DNA of 64,000 bases from a virus (taxonomy: Duplodnaviria; Caudoviricetes), in IMG/VR virus record IMGVR_UViG_3300042013_000103. One strand, 5' to 3'. Each line of letters opens with the position of its first letter. The first letter of the stretch is position 1. Below are positions 39,434 to 49,135 of this stretch, piece after piece. The position numbers and the translations under genes were made by a program. The notes beneath the pieces were generated by a model. That model worked only from the letters and a program-made list of their open reading frames with translations. It searched no databases and had not been told where the DNA came from.

Positions 39434-39910
39434 TTACACGTCAAACACGATCGCATCGTTGGGGTCCACAGGAGGCTCCACCTGCGCGGCCAAGATCGCT
39501 TCCCGGAAAGTGGTGGCATGGCTTTGGAGGTTGCATTGCAGCTCTGGTAAGCGCCTACGGTTGACCACAGGGGCACCCTCAGGCTGGACGTGGATCGATC
39601 GCATCACCATGAAGCGTGGGGCCAGTGGATGGTCGAACGGAATGTAGAATTCATCGATCCGGATCTCGGGGTCCTCGACGTTGGTGATCCCGATTAGGAA
39701 ACTGCCATGGACTTCAAAACGGAACTCTTCGTTGCCATCAAAGGTGGCGTAATAATGGAACCAGTTCAGGTCGATGAAATCGTAGCTGTTGATCAGCTCT
39801 TCTTCCACGGCTTGGTGGGGTTCCGGCAACAGCAGGTTAATGGGAGCGCCGTTGCTGCTGACGTAATGCTCGGTGGTGACGTCATACACAATCTTAATTT
39901 GTTCAATCAT
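39434..39910 (-). CDS. Hypothetical protein
   Basis: 158 aa, GAGGT RBS. Confidence 0.6.
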   Translation of the reverse strand: MIEQIKIVYDVTTEHYVSSNGAPINLLLPEPHQAVEEELINSYDFIDLNWFHYYATFDGNEEFRFEVHGSFLIGITNVEDPEIRIDEFYIPFDHPLAPRFMVMRSIHVQPEGAPVVNRRRLPELQCNLQSHATTFREAILAAQVEPPVDPNDAIVFDV

Positions 39911-40340
39911 TGTCGGTTACCTCATTAGGGGGATAGCACATTTGCTGTATGAATGGATCCATTTGGCACTTTCGAAAGATGATCAAAAAGTTACCATCGG
40001 TCATGGTGTAGTCTTGCAGTTCTTCCGTACCGAACAAGCGTTTCATTTCAATGACTAACCGTACCAGCTGGTCGGCATGTTTGTTTAATTCGACTTTATG
40101 TCCCGGGGAGATTCGAGTGACCTCGTCCAACACAATGGCCAAGGGGACCTCATCATCGATGGGACCACCGGTATCAAAATACCACTTCGACACGAAGAGA
40201 TCGCCTTGCATAACCACGGGCTGGTGAAATAACACCCCGTGTATCTTACCGTGGTTGTGGTTAACGTTGTAGCTCAACACGTCCCAGAAGTCTTCTTCCT
40301 TCTTGGGTGTGATGGTAGCGGTAATCATGGCGAATGACAT
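39903..40340 (-). CDS. Hypothetical protein, paralogue of 40362..40781
   Basis: Shared MSFAM.TAT..PK.EEDFWD.LSYN N-terminus and TM.DGNFLI.FR.C motif. Confidence 0.75.
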   Translation of the reverse strand: MSFAMITATITPKKEEDFWDVLSYNVNHNHGKIHGVLFHQPVVMQGDLFVSKWYFDTGGPIDDEVPLAIVLDEVTRISPGHKVELNKHADQLVRLVIEMKRLFGTEELQDYTMTDGNFLIIFRKCQMDPFIQQMCYPPNEVTDND

Positions 40341-40361
40341 AACGCCTCCTTGGGCCTGGGT

Positions 40362-40781
40362 CTATTCAGAAGGAAGGGTAAAGTGTTTTACGTAGTCATC
40401 CATGTCACAGTTACGGAACAAGATCAAGAAATTGCCGTCGACCATAGTGAAGACATTCACCGCATCGGTGTTCAGCTCCGTTTTCAAAGCCCCCACCAAC
40501 ACCATTAACTGATCTTGGTGCAAAGCCAATTTCGTGGAGGGACTGGAACTGATGTGGGTGAACTCATCGACCAGAATCACCAAGGGCACTTCATGGTCCA
40601 AGGGGTCCTGGTTGTAGCAGAGCCACTTGGAGATGTGCAGGTCGCCTTGCGTGACCACCGGGTGGTGCAGGATCACCCCACGATGATGGCCGGTGTTGTA
40701 GTTGGGGTTATAGCTGAGCATGTCCCAGAAGTCCTCTTCTGTCTTGGGACAAACCGTTGCGGTGACCATGGCAAAGGACAT
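40362..40781 (-). CDS. Hypothetical protein, paralogue of 39903..40340
   Basis: Same shared motifs; GGAGG RBS. Confidence 0.75.
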   Translation of the reverse strand: MSFAMVTATVCPKTEEDFWDMLSYNPNYNTGHHRGVILHHPVVTQGDLHISKWLCYNQDPLDHEVPLVILVDEFTHISSSPSTKLALHQDQLMVLVGALKTELNTDAVNVFTMVDGNFLILFRNCDMDDYVKHFTLPSE

Positions 40782-40802
40782 AATACCTCCGCTAAAAAAG
40801 AG

Positions 40803-40840
40803 AACATAAGGCCCCTCCCGAAGGAGGAGCTTATATGTCG
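40803..40840. terminator. Hairpin flanked by ACATAA and TATGTCG
   Basis: GCCCCTCC-CGAA-GGAGGAGC stem. Confidence 0.7.
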
Positions 40841-40841
40841 G

Positions 40842-41456
40842 TTAGCCCAGCAGGTTACCACCTGGACTGGTTGGATCTTCTTCGTAGGTTTCCACGGCCG
40901 CTACAATCGTGTTCCAACTGCGGCAGATGTCCGCTTTCTCGTGCAGCGTCAGTTCCCGTTCGCCCTCTGGGAGGTCGTCGTAGTACTGGGTGTGCTGATA
41001 CGAGTTTTCGTCGTGGGTCACCACACCATCCATGACCCGGCGGAAGTCGTAGTGTAACCCGCCAATGTTCAAGCCATGGTGATTGACGTAACTGTCCGCG
41101 TAGCCTTCCACTTCCCCGTCCAAGTACATCTTGCGAATGGTCGGTTCAGCCATCAACCACCGCTGCATGATCGGGCCTGCGGTTTGCAGTTCCGGTACGG
41201 TGCCGAGGTAGTGGATGGTGTTCGATTGCCACGCATGGTCCGTTTTTGCCGTCAGGTTACGAAGCGCTTGAATCGCCGAGCTGGTATCGATCATCTGATA
41301 CAAAGCTTTCGCTTGATCAAAGAACTGATTCGCTGCGGTACTCAGGGTGCTGCGCATGGTGCTTGCGCGTTCCCCCAACCAGTTAGCTGTGTTGGTATCC
41401 AAATGACCGCCTGCATAGACGTCTATCAAATCAACACCTAAGGCAGAGTGATTCAT
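40842..41456 (-). CDS. Conserved Chimalliviridae core protein (phiKZ gp59-like)
   Basis: 204 aa; MQRWLMAEP, YADSY and DPTSP motifs; synteny. Confidence 0.55.
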   Translation of the reverse strand: MNHSALGVDLIDVYAGGHLDTNTANWLGERASTMRSTLSTAANQFFDQAKALYQMIDTSSAIQALRNLTAKTDHAWQSNTIHYLGTVPELQTAGPIMQRWLMAEPTIRKMYLDGEVEGYADSYVNHHGLNIGGLHYDFRRVMDGVVTHDENSYQHTQYYDDLPEGERELTLHEKADICRSWNTIVAAVETYEEDPTSPGGNLLG

Positions 41457-41468
41457 TGTCTTTCCTCT

Positions 41469-41867
41469 TTAAAGCGTTGCTTTGCGTTCGGTGGCCTGGA
41501 AGAACTTCCACACCGGGTGCTGCGACGGCAGGATGACTTCATCGACGTCCCGCAACTCAATGCGTTTGGGGATGACGTCGGATTGGTCGTAGATCCCGAG
41601 CTGTACCTTTCCGATGTCGCCGGTCAGGAACGTCAGGATGTAAACATCCCGCTCGCCGTTCAGGATGTTGAGTTCACGTTTCTCCCCGAAGAGCCCGGAA
41701 ATCCACCAGCCGTTTTCTTCGACTAGCAAATCAATCCGGTGTTCCCCGATGGCCCAGTACCCGTCCAGATCCCGGAACAACCGCGTATGGCCTTCTGGGA
41801 CCACAGTGAGCGCTTTGGGTGGAGTAGGTTCCGCAACTGGACCTTGTTGGTTTACTTCGTCGGCCAT
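41469..41867 (-). CDS. Hypothetical protein
   Basis: 132 aa, GGGGA RBS. Confidence 0.6.
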   Translation of the reverse strand: MADEVNQQGPVAEPTPPKALTVVPEGHTRLFRDLDGYWAIGEHRIDLLVEENGWWISGLFGEKRELNILNGERDVYILTFLTGDIGKVQLGIYDQSDVIPKRIELRDVDEVILPSQHPVWKFFQATERKATL

Positions 41868-42190
41868 GTGTAGTCCCCTTCCAGAACAAAGCGATTGATT
41901 TTAATACCCCCACTGATTTCCCAGGTAGGGTCAAACGTCAGGGCGGCGGCATGCAGCTGCGCGTCCCGGAACGTCAGGCGAAGTTTGTATTGAAGCTGAC
42001 CCAGTTCGGCCGTTCGCGGCAACTCCAAGTACGTGTACGTGGGTGCCCGTTCTTGTCCAAACCAGCATTGCACCAGTTCGGGAGTGACTGGGTGTTCTTC
42101 CAGATCGCAGGTGGGGTCACCTTTGGACACCACCCAATCCCCGTATTTGGGATCAGTTAGATCGTTTATTCGTGCAAAGGTCAGCTTCAT
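41852..42190 (-). CDS. Hypothetical protein
   Basis: 112 aa, AGGTG RBS. Confidence 0.55.
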   Translation of the reverse strand: MKLTFARINDLTDPKYGDWVVSKGDPTCDLEEHPVTPELVQCWFGQERAPTYTYLELPRTAELGQLQYKLRLTFRDAQLHAAALTFDPTWEISGGIKINRFVLEGDYTWPTK

Positions 42191-42203
42191 TGTAAAACAC
42201 CTA

Positions 42204-43667
42204 TTATGCCGCTACGGGCATTGCTGGTTTCGGCGGCAGGTAATCTGCGTGAACCCAGTTGACAATCGTTTCCACGATCGGCCCTTGGAGTTCCAGGTTC
42301 CCTGACAGTTCGTGTGGTTCGGAAATCGACAACACCCAGTTGTGCGGGGCAATGCGCTGGAGAGAATCCCCCAGGTAATCGTCCGGCATCAACGTGAGGT
42401 TCAACTGGTCACCGTCGAAGTCAGCATTGGGTGCCTTGAGCACCAACACCGACAGACTGATGGCGTTATCCGCCACGTCGGTTTTGACGATGGTCACTCG
42501 CAACAGCTGCGTACTGCCGCGTTGCAAGGTTGGGTTACGGTGGAACGAGCACATCAAGCCGTTGCGCTTCGATTCCCGGATCAGTTCTTTGAAGAGCTCA
42601 TCCAAGATCGCGTTGTAGCACAGCACGTTGTCGTACACAAAGCTGATTGCTTCGCGGGTGGTCATCCCATGCTTACGCTTGAGCTTGTTCACCAACGGGT
42701 ATTTCAACAGCTGGCACGCGATGCCCCACGGGATGTGGAGTTCGTCGTATTCGTGTGGGTCAGAGATCGAGGTGATCACCGCACGTGCCGTGAAGTTCAG
42801 TCGACCGCCCAACACGTGGCGACGGATCAACCCAGGCTTCTGTGCAATCCGCTGCTTGTCATAGTTTTCGTGGAAGATCGCCAGCAGCTTCAGCGCGCGG
42901 GCAATCCGGTTCTGGACTTTAATCGGTTTGAGGGGAATGGGACTCGATTTGATCGAGCTCACCGTCAACACCGCATCCATGGCCGCTGCAATCGGTTTGT
43001 CGATGTACACACCGGATGTGGTGGACTCGACTACGAAACACAGCTTCGACGGGATGGGGATGTTTTTGGGAAACAGTGCGTGTTTGTTTTCTTGGACGAA
43101 CGCGTACAGCTCGGCTTTGCCCGACGCAATGATGCTCGAGTCCAGCAGGAACTGAAAGATCTCATCGAAGTTACGGACGAAGTTGTTTAAACCCCGAGGC
43201 AACCCACGTTGGATCAGTTTGTCCATCTTCCGACGGGTTTCACGGGAACTGATCCCCTCGACGTCAACGTTGTACGTGGTGTTGGTCAACCATTCCAGGA
43301 AGTCCACTTCCTTCGTACACAAATGCCCCGACAACATGATCCACAGTTGAGGAGACACCAAGCGATCCACGCCCTCAGGGGCACGGATCCACATCGACGG
43401 CACGATCGGACGGTTGCTGGTGGAGACCACCGGCGTACCGCACGTGTTGCAGATCACACCTTTCTTGAACGCTTCTTGAATCGCCCCACAATCGCACGCC
43501 GCCGAGTTCTCGATGGCTTCTGCGTCCTGGTAATGCGAGTACAGGTAGCGCCCGAATTCTTCTTTCTCCTCCAGGTTGCTGGTATTGAAATCGTTGGCGA
43601 AGACCACTTGTCCTGTCTGTTCTGCCAACATCTCGTCATGATCGACGATCTGTGCATGTAAACCCAT
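42204..43667 (-). CDS. Non-virion RNAP beta' N-terminal catalytic subunit (phiKZ gp55-like), uninterrupted
   Basis: Catalytic NADFDGDQ, RNPTLQR, GGRLNFTARAVI and N-terminal zinc site CDCG...CNTC; ATG 43667 with GAGGGG RBS. Confidence 0.93.
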   Translation of the reverse strand: MGLHAQIVDHDEMLAEQTGQVVFANDFNTSNLEEKEEFGRYLYSHYQDAEAIENSAACDCGAIQEAFKKGVICNTCGTPVVSTSNRPIVPSMWIRAPEGVDRLVSPQLWIMLSGHLCTKEVDFLEWLTNTTYNVDVEGISSRETRRKMDKLIQRGLPRGLNNFVRNFDEIFQFLLDSSIIASGKAELYAFVQENKHALFPKNIPIPSKLCFVVESTTSGVYIDKPIAAAMDAVLTVSSIKSSPIPLKPIKVQNRIARALKLLAIFHENYDKQRIAQKPGLIRRHVLGGRLNFTARAVITSISDPHEYDELHIPWGIACQLLKYPLVNKLKRKHGMTTREAISFVYDNVLCYNAILDELFKELIRESKRNGLMCSFHRNPTLQRGSTQLLRVTIVKTDVADNAISLSVLVLKAPNADFDGDQLNLTLMPDDYLGDSLQRIAPHNWVLSISEPHELSGNLELQGPIVETIVNWVHADYLPPKPAMPVAA

Positions 43668-43749
43668 ACCTAAGCCCCTCGCAACACCAAACAAAAAAAG
43701 AGCTATAACAGACTCCCCGAAGGGAGTCCATTATGGCTTTGGTGTAATG

Positions 43750-44007
43750 TTAGCAGCCCTGTTGACGCGGAGTCACGATATTACCTGTGGACTCGGCCAA
43801 GTAAATGGCAGCGGCTTGAGCCAATTCGATCACCACGCGATCCGCATTCGGAAGTAGCGCTTTGACGCTCTTGTTCACGGCACCACGGAACGCCATGGAA
43901 TTGCTAATGCTTTGGCGATGCTCAACAGTCTCAGCCACCAGTTTAGAGATAGCCGAGAAACCCACGAGGGAACCCAGTGCTACTTTCACAAGAACCTTTT
44001 TCATCAC
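43750..44007 (-). CDS. Small hypothetical protein
   Basis: 85 aa, flanked by hairpins. Confidence 0.5.
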   Translation of the reverse strand: MMKKVLVKVALGSLVGFSAISKLVAETVEHRQSISNSMAFRGAVNKSVKALLPNADRVVIELAQAAAIYLAESTGNIVTPRQQGC

Positions 44008-44070
44008 GTCTTCCTAATTAGTCGGTCGGGCATAGGGCTGCTCCCGAAGGAACAGCCCCGTGCTTATTGC

Positions 44071-45969
44071 TTACTGGTAGATGATACCAGTCGAGCCCAT
44101 GATCGGGCTGGCGAAACCGCCGGCCTGTTGCATGCCGCCCATGTTGGCAACGCCAGTAACAGCGTACTGCATGATGGAAGTGTTGCCGGTGAAGCGCTGG
44201 CCGCCGAACACGTTGTGCATGTTCTCGATCGCTACGTTCAGACCCGCTTCAGCAGCGGATTTGTCCATGGCTTCGATCCACTTCGGGTTGTACACAGCAC
44301 GGTCAACGCGACCGGTGCGAACTACGGTGTTGCCCAGGAACAGGGACTCGAAGTTCTCACGCTGCTTGAAACGCACTTCCGGGTGGATGCGCAGGTCAGC
44401 CATGGTGGCGTAGAAGCTCATGAACTCAGCCTGATTGCCTTTCGACAGGTTCAGACCAGCCAGAACGTCCAGGTCGCGACGGTCGGCCTTCTCGCCTTTG
44501 CCATCGATGTAGTAGCCGGTGCCCACTTCGGAACCGTACGGGAACAGGATCTCGTCGGTGTCCACGTTGAAGTACTTGGTGAAGCACTGGCCGTACAGGT
44601 TGATGCACGCACGCACCAGAGCTTGCTTGGCGCGCATTTTGTTTGGACCAGCCGACATCGCATCCAGGTAGATCGAATCGATGGCAGCATTGTCGCCGAC
44701 ACGGTTCAGGTCGATCAGGAAGATCGGGTTCGGCTTGACCATCAGGTGCATCAGTTCAGCGAAGTGCGCGTCGGTGAAAGTGTCGGACTTGGTGTCGATC
44801 ATTGCCTTGCTAGGCTCGATCATGTAACCCAGAGCGCCGATGTCTTTCGGATCGTTCTTCACGCCCACTTGTGGGAGCAGAGCACGAGCCCAGGCTTGGC
44901 CGTAGGTAGCACGGTAAGCGTTACCGGTTGCGAAGATGTGCATTTCCATGGTGAAAGCTTTGACCCATGGAGCAGGACGCACGTCGGTGATGGTGATGGT
45001 TGGGGTGAACGGCGCTGCCTGAACTGGCGGCTGACCGTAGACCTGTTGTGCTTGCACTGGCGCGTATTCCAGCGACACTGCCAGCGACACCTGGTTCAGT
45101 TGGGTGTCCGAATCGTAGTACTCGTTGGCCTGAGCCTTGGACGCTTTGTCCGAACGGTTCAGCGAGACGATGATGTCGGAACGGATTGGGTTACCCAGGG
45201 AGTCTTCCACTGGACGACCGGTGAAGTCCATTTTGACGACCAGGACTTCGTTGTCCGCTTTCAGGTCGGTAGCGACCGAGAACGGAGCTTCGCCGTCCAG
45301 ACGCATCAGGATGTCGTCGCAACGGTTGACCGAGGTCAGCAGCAGACGGGTGCAGGCTTCGACCGACTTGACGTCGAACTCGCCGTACACGCCCAGAGCA
45401 CCGGCGCAGTGAACAACAGCGTTTTCCATCGACTGCTGCGAACGCACGTAGGCCGCGATACGGCTCCAGTACTGGGCAGTGAAGATGTCGCGTGGAGTCG
45501 GCTTGACGTCCAGGGTTTCGGTGATCATGCCGTTGGCGCCTTGGATCGGCACTTGACGCGGCTTGATACGGTCGTTGTCGTTTTCCAGGATCAGCGGACG
45601 GATCACGATGACCGCGTTGCCTTTGGCGTCCTTGGCGGTTTTGCAGATCAGGATGGCCGACATGCCCACTTCGTGAGTGTGACGGTCGAAGCGGTACACG
45701 TTGTAGTCGCTGGTCAGGATCTGTTGGGCCACAGCCTGTTTGCCGGCTTCGACGAAGGTGCTCAGCGCTTCAGCGGAACGGGCATCGGAACCGGTGACGT
45801 TACCGGAGCGTTGGAAGCGTTCGTTGATTGGCAGACCAGGGCGAGCAGGTTGGGCTTGTGGAGGAGTGTAGCTTTGTTGTGCTTGGGATTGCGCAGCACC
45901 CGGTTGCGAAGCCTGGCCTTGAGCGCCGGCTGGTTGACCTTGGGATTTGTCGCCGTGTTGAACTGCCAT
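44071..45969 (-). CDS. chmA: Chimallin, major phage nucleus shell protein (phiKZ gp54-like)
   Basis: 632 aa upstream of the nvRNAP beta' gene, Q/G-rich N-terminus, YRFDR motif, highly biased codon usage and its own early promoter. Confidence 0.85.
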   Translation of the reverse strand: MAVQHGDKSQGQPAGAQGQASQPGAAQSQAQQSYTPPQAQPARPGLPINERFQRSGNVTGSDARSAEALSTFVEAGKQAVAQQILTSDYNVYRFDRHTHEVGMSAILICKTAKDAKGNAVIVIRPLILENDNDRIKPRQVPIQGANGMITETLDVKPTPRDIFTAQYWSRIAAYVRSQQSMENAVVHCAGALGVYGEFDVKSVEACTRLLLTSVNRCDDILMRLDGEAPFSVATDLKADNEVLVVKMDFTGRPVEDSLGNPIRSDIIVSLNRSDKASKAQANEYYDSDTQLNQVSLAVSLEYAPVQAQQVYGQPPVQAAPFTPTITITDVRPAPWVKAFTMEMHIFATGNAYRATYGQAWARALLPQVGVKNDPKDIGALGYMIEPSKAMIDTKSDTFTDAHFAELMHLMVKPNPIFLIDLNRVGDNAAIDSIYLDAMSAGPNKMRAKQALVRACINLYGQCFTKYFNVDTDEILFPYGSEVGTGYYIDGKGEKADRRDLDVLAGLNLSKGNQAEFMSFYATMADLRIHPEVRFKQRENFESLFLGNTVVRTGRVDRAVYNPKWIEAMDKSAAEAGLNVAIENMHNVFGGQRFTGNTSIMQYAVTGVANMGGMQQAGGFASPIMGSTGIIYQ

Positions 45970-46043
45970 GATGGTGTTTCCTTTGTGTATTGAGGTTTCT
46001 TGATCAAGAGAAATCTTTACTACTCTGCGGTGTATCTGCAGTA

Positions 46044-46073
46044 GTAATATAGTCCTGAGTTTTTTTAGAATGC
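46044..46073 (-). promoter_or_regulatory. Phage early promoter of chimallin
   Basis: GCATT-N14-GACTATATTAC. Confidence 0.85.
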
Positions 46074-46257
46074 AATATAGGCCTTGTGACTCGGCATAAG
46101 CGCGAGGAGGTAAGGACCTGTGTTAGTCTTTACATAACATACTACATGTTGAGGTGCCTTAATTTTGTCTGTAAAGACCAGAGGTTGGGACATAAGCTTT
46201 TGTACTCAGGATCAACCTCACGGCATTCTCCTGTATTAAATGATGTTCGCCAGTATT

Positions 46258-47469
46258 TTATTCCCCTTTGACTTTGCGTTCCACGTCATCAGCTTCGCCC
46301 GTGAGTGTTTTCCCCAGGTCTTTCAAGGCGTTACGAGCTACGTCAAGGGCGTCGGCAGGTTCCTTTGCGTCCAACAACTGAATGCCTATCGTTTTGACGC
46401 GCGCAGCGATTGTGCCGATGTGGACCAACAGTCGACCCCGTTGGTGTTCGTGCGTCACGCTGTGGCGTTGCAGGCGACGTTCTTCCAGGTTGTGCGACAG
46501 CTGTTCGGTCACGCTGGCGAGTACAGCGCGTGCTTGCTGCAGGGATATAAAGCCTGCTTTCAGATCTTGACGCAAGGCCATTTTCCAGATGTCCAGTTCC
46601 ACCGGGTGGATCAGATAACCTTCTGGGATTGGCTCCATTGGTTTCAACTGAGTGGTGTCGCTGGGGATTTGGTCGACCAACATGCATTCGTGACCGAGTT
46701 CCACCTTCCTGATCTGCAACGCAGTCAGTTCCCCAAAGTGCAGGTTAAAGCTGGTCATCTCCCGTACTGCTTTCGGGATGTGGTTGTTGATCAGGTCCAA
46801 CGGTCCAGGCCCGGCGAACTCTGGCAATTCATGTGGCGGCGATGCTGGAGTCATGGAGAGTGCGTATTGAAGGGTTTGCGCGAACTCTGGGGTGAGTTGC
46901 ATGTTGTGCTCCAAATATCCCAGGGCTTGTTGAACGTAGTCGCGCCACTCAGGGGTGATAAGTTCGCCCGTTGTCTGGTTATGGAAGATGATTTGTCCCA
47001 GTCGTACGTACGCCTCCGGCACAATTTGGTGCAGCTGCCTGCCAAAACTTTCGTCTATCCAACGCAAGGCATTCCGCTGGATGCCGCTCTGGTAATGTTG
47101 GACGGCATCCGACAGATCGAGGATGTTACAAGCCACCAGTACACTGAAGGCCCCGCGCAGCAAGGCAATTTGAGTATGGTTTTTTGAGGCCAGGTCGAAC
47201 TGGCGGGGGTTGTTGATCGCGTTCTTCACGACGGTGACCAGCCGTTCGGTTTCGTTAAGGCAGATTGCGGTGATCCCCGTTTCCGTCAAGTAACCGACGA
47301 TGACGTCATGCACCATGCCACTTGGTACCAGGTCGGTGTTATTCCGCCCTGGACCAACAGGGACCAAGGGCCCTTTCCTGATCCCGTAGTTCTTACGTAA
47401 GGCATCAACGGCAGCTCGGAATTCTTCACGTAACGCTTTCTGCATGGGATCGGACCTCTTAAGTTTCAT
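46258..47469 (-). CDS. Hypothetical protein (phiKZ gp53 position)
   Basis: 403 aa, GAAGGA RBS, early promoter upstream. Confidence 0.65.
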   Translation of the reverse strand: MKLKRSDPMQKALREEFRAAVDALRKNYGIRKGPLVPVGPGRNNTDLVPSGMVHDVIVGYLTETGITAICLNETERLVTVVKNAINNPRQFDLASKNHTQIALLRGAFSVLVACNILDLSDAVQHYQSGIQRNALRWIDESFGRQLHQIVPEAYVRLGQIIFHNQTTGELITPEWRDYVQQALGYLEHNMQLTPEFAQTLQYALSMTPASPPHELPEFAGPGPLDLINNHIPKAVREMTSFNLHFGELTALQIRKVELGHECMLVDQIPSDTTQLKPMEPIPEGYLIHPVELDIWKMALRQDLKAGFISLQQARAVLASVTEQLSHNLEERRLQRHSVTHEHQRGRLLVHIGTIAARVKTIGIQLLDAKEPADALDVARNALKDLGKTLTGEADDVERKVKGE

Positions 47470-47504
47470 TCTATGATTCCTTCGGTGTATTACTTAGCCA
47501 GTCA

Positions 47505-47534
47505 GTAATATAGTCTTGACTTATTTTAAAATGA
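47505..47534 (-). promoter_or_regulatory. Phage early promoter
   Basis: TCATT-N14-GACTATATTAC. Confidence 0.75.
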
Positions 47535-47548
47535 AAAGGGTATAACTA

Positions 47549-48625
47549 ATGTATCATCTATTCAAGGAAATGCCCTTACACAAACTTGGCATCACTCAGT
47601 CCGTGCAGCTGCCGTACATCCGCAGAATCTACGCGGGGTTGATCCGAGACGTCCAGACGTATTACCGTAAGCGCCCGAAGTTTGTGGAATCGCAAAACCT
47701 GATCGCCAACATAATCAAACAGTTCGTGGTAGAGTTTCGTTCCGACGACCTCACCTATGCCAAGAAAGTGGAAGACCAACTCTCCAAGCTGGTGGGAACG
47801 TTAGGACTGAACTCTCCCGTGAATAAAGGAAAGATCTTTCCCGGGGTGACCTTGGGTCCACAAACCAGTGAAGTTGTGATGGCCTCCTTTGAGCGCTTTC
47901 CGACCGAAGGGCTAGGCCGGACCTGGCGCGAGATGAAACCGGTGCGGTATTTGTATCACACCCGCACCGATGTTAACCTGCCGATCATGAACAACACCAC
48001 CCCGGGGAAAGGTTACGGTGTGATTTCCGTGAACATCCCCATGCTGCTGGTGCAGTACCGGTACTGGTTGCGCCACCAGATCCAGGTCAACGGTAACGAG
48101 GTCGAAAGCCCGATGCGGTTTGTCGGGGGCTACGTGCTGCCCAATGCGATTGAATCGTACCTCGAGATCAGTTGGTTCAACCGCCTGGCCCGGAATGCCA
48201 AAGGGATCCCGAACCCGACTTACCCAGTGGCCCATCCGTTTTACATTACGGACATGTCTGCTCGGTTGGAGCAACTGGCCACCGAAACCAACAGCTACTC
48301 CGACCAGAAAGCGATTGGGGTGGAGGCCTTGGCGGCAGTGGTACCGGGAATTACCCAGAAGACCTTGTTCGACATCATCCGGCTCCCACGCGATGCGTTG
48401 ACGTTACAGAACGAATGGGCGATAGCCTTGGCTAGGTTCCCGTTCATCCAGTACCTTGCTCAGATGCTGCTACAGGGCGGCAGGTTCGATCGGGCGGAGA
48501 TGAACGAGATCATCATCGACCTGACCGAGTCCATGTACGACCAAGCGTTCCGGCAGCAAACCAACAATGACTTCATGAAACAATTCACTACTCAAGTGGA
48601 AGCGTTAGTAAAACAAATGCGTTAG
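47549..48625 (+). CDS. Conserved phiKZ-like protein, probably virion-associated (gp52-like)
   Basis: 358 aa divergent gene with AAGGG RBS; synteny. Confidence 0.6.
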   Translation: MYHLFKEMPLHKLGITQSVQLPYIRRIYAGLIRDVQTYYRKRPKFVESQNLIANIIKQFVVEFRSDDLTYAKKVEDQLSKLVGTLGLNSPVNKGKIFPGVTLGPQTSEVVMASFERFPTEGLGRTWREMKPVRYLYHTRTDVNLPIMNNTTPGKGYGVISVNIPMLLVQYRYWLRHQIQVNGNEVESPMRFVGGYVLPNAIESYLEISWFNRLARNAKGIPNPTYPVAHPFYITDMSARLEQLATETNSYSDQKAIGVEALAAVVPGITQKTLFDIIRLPRDALTLQNEWAIALARFPFIQYLAQMLLQGGRFDRAEMNEIIIDLTESMYDQAFRQQTNNDFMKQFTTQVEALVKQMR

Positions 48626-48629
48626 ACCA

Positions 48630-49076
48630 TCAGGCCTCAGCTTCGGCTGGGGCTTTATGCCGCTCTTCCCCGATCACGACCTTGGCCAACCCAGAACTAC
48701 CGTAGTCCACGGCGACTACCTTCCCGTTCCATAAGCCGACGGAATCCACTTTCATTTCGACGATGTTCGCTAGAAGCTCCGCATGGTTCGAGGTGGCCAA
48801 CTGTTCTTTAAACCGGTCTAAGTACAAGAACCGATCCGGCGCATCCAAGGCTTTCACTTCAACCCGCGGCATCACGTTCAACCAGCCCCCCGGCAAACTG
48901 AACAACAGGGGCGCGACCTCAGGCATGTTCATCGTGGCAAAGTCACGTTCCTGCATGTTGCCCATCAACCCTTCAAGGAACATGCGCCAACAATAGAAGT
49001 TTGGTACCTTCAAAGCGTACTTACCAACCAGCAACACCACGCGGGTGGTTCCATTACGGCAATACTTAATGTTCAT
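48630..49076 (-). CDS. Minimal protein-kinase-like fold protein
   Basis: GTTRVV (Gly-loop remnant), YALKVP (beta3 Lys), NMQE (alphaC Glu), EMKVDSVG (catalytic-loop-like) and VDYG (DFG-like). Confidence 0.5.
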   Translation of the reverse strand: MNIKYCRNGTTRVVLLVGKYALKVPNFYCWRMFLEGLMGNMQERDFATMNMPEVAPLLFSLPGGWLNVMPRVEVKALDAPDRFLYLDRFKEQLATSNHAELLANIVEMKVDSVGLWNGKVVAVDYGSSGLAKVVIGEERHKAPAEAEA

Positions 49077-49135
49077 TACGCGTCCTTATTGGCGGCATAA
49101 ACCTCCCCCGGCTTGACGCAAGGAGAGGTTTAGGT

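Noticed and set aside
43912-45993. 693 aa ORF antisense to chimallin
   Set aside because: It mirrors the sense gene in register. GC-rich third positions deplete antisense stops, the composition is unnatural (V/H/Q/R/G-rich) and there is no RBS.
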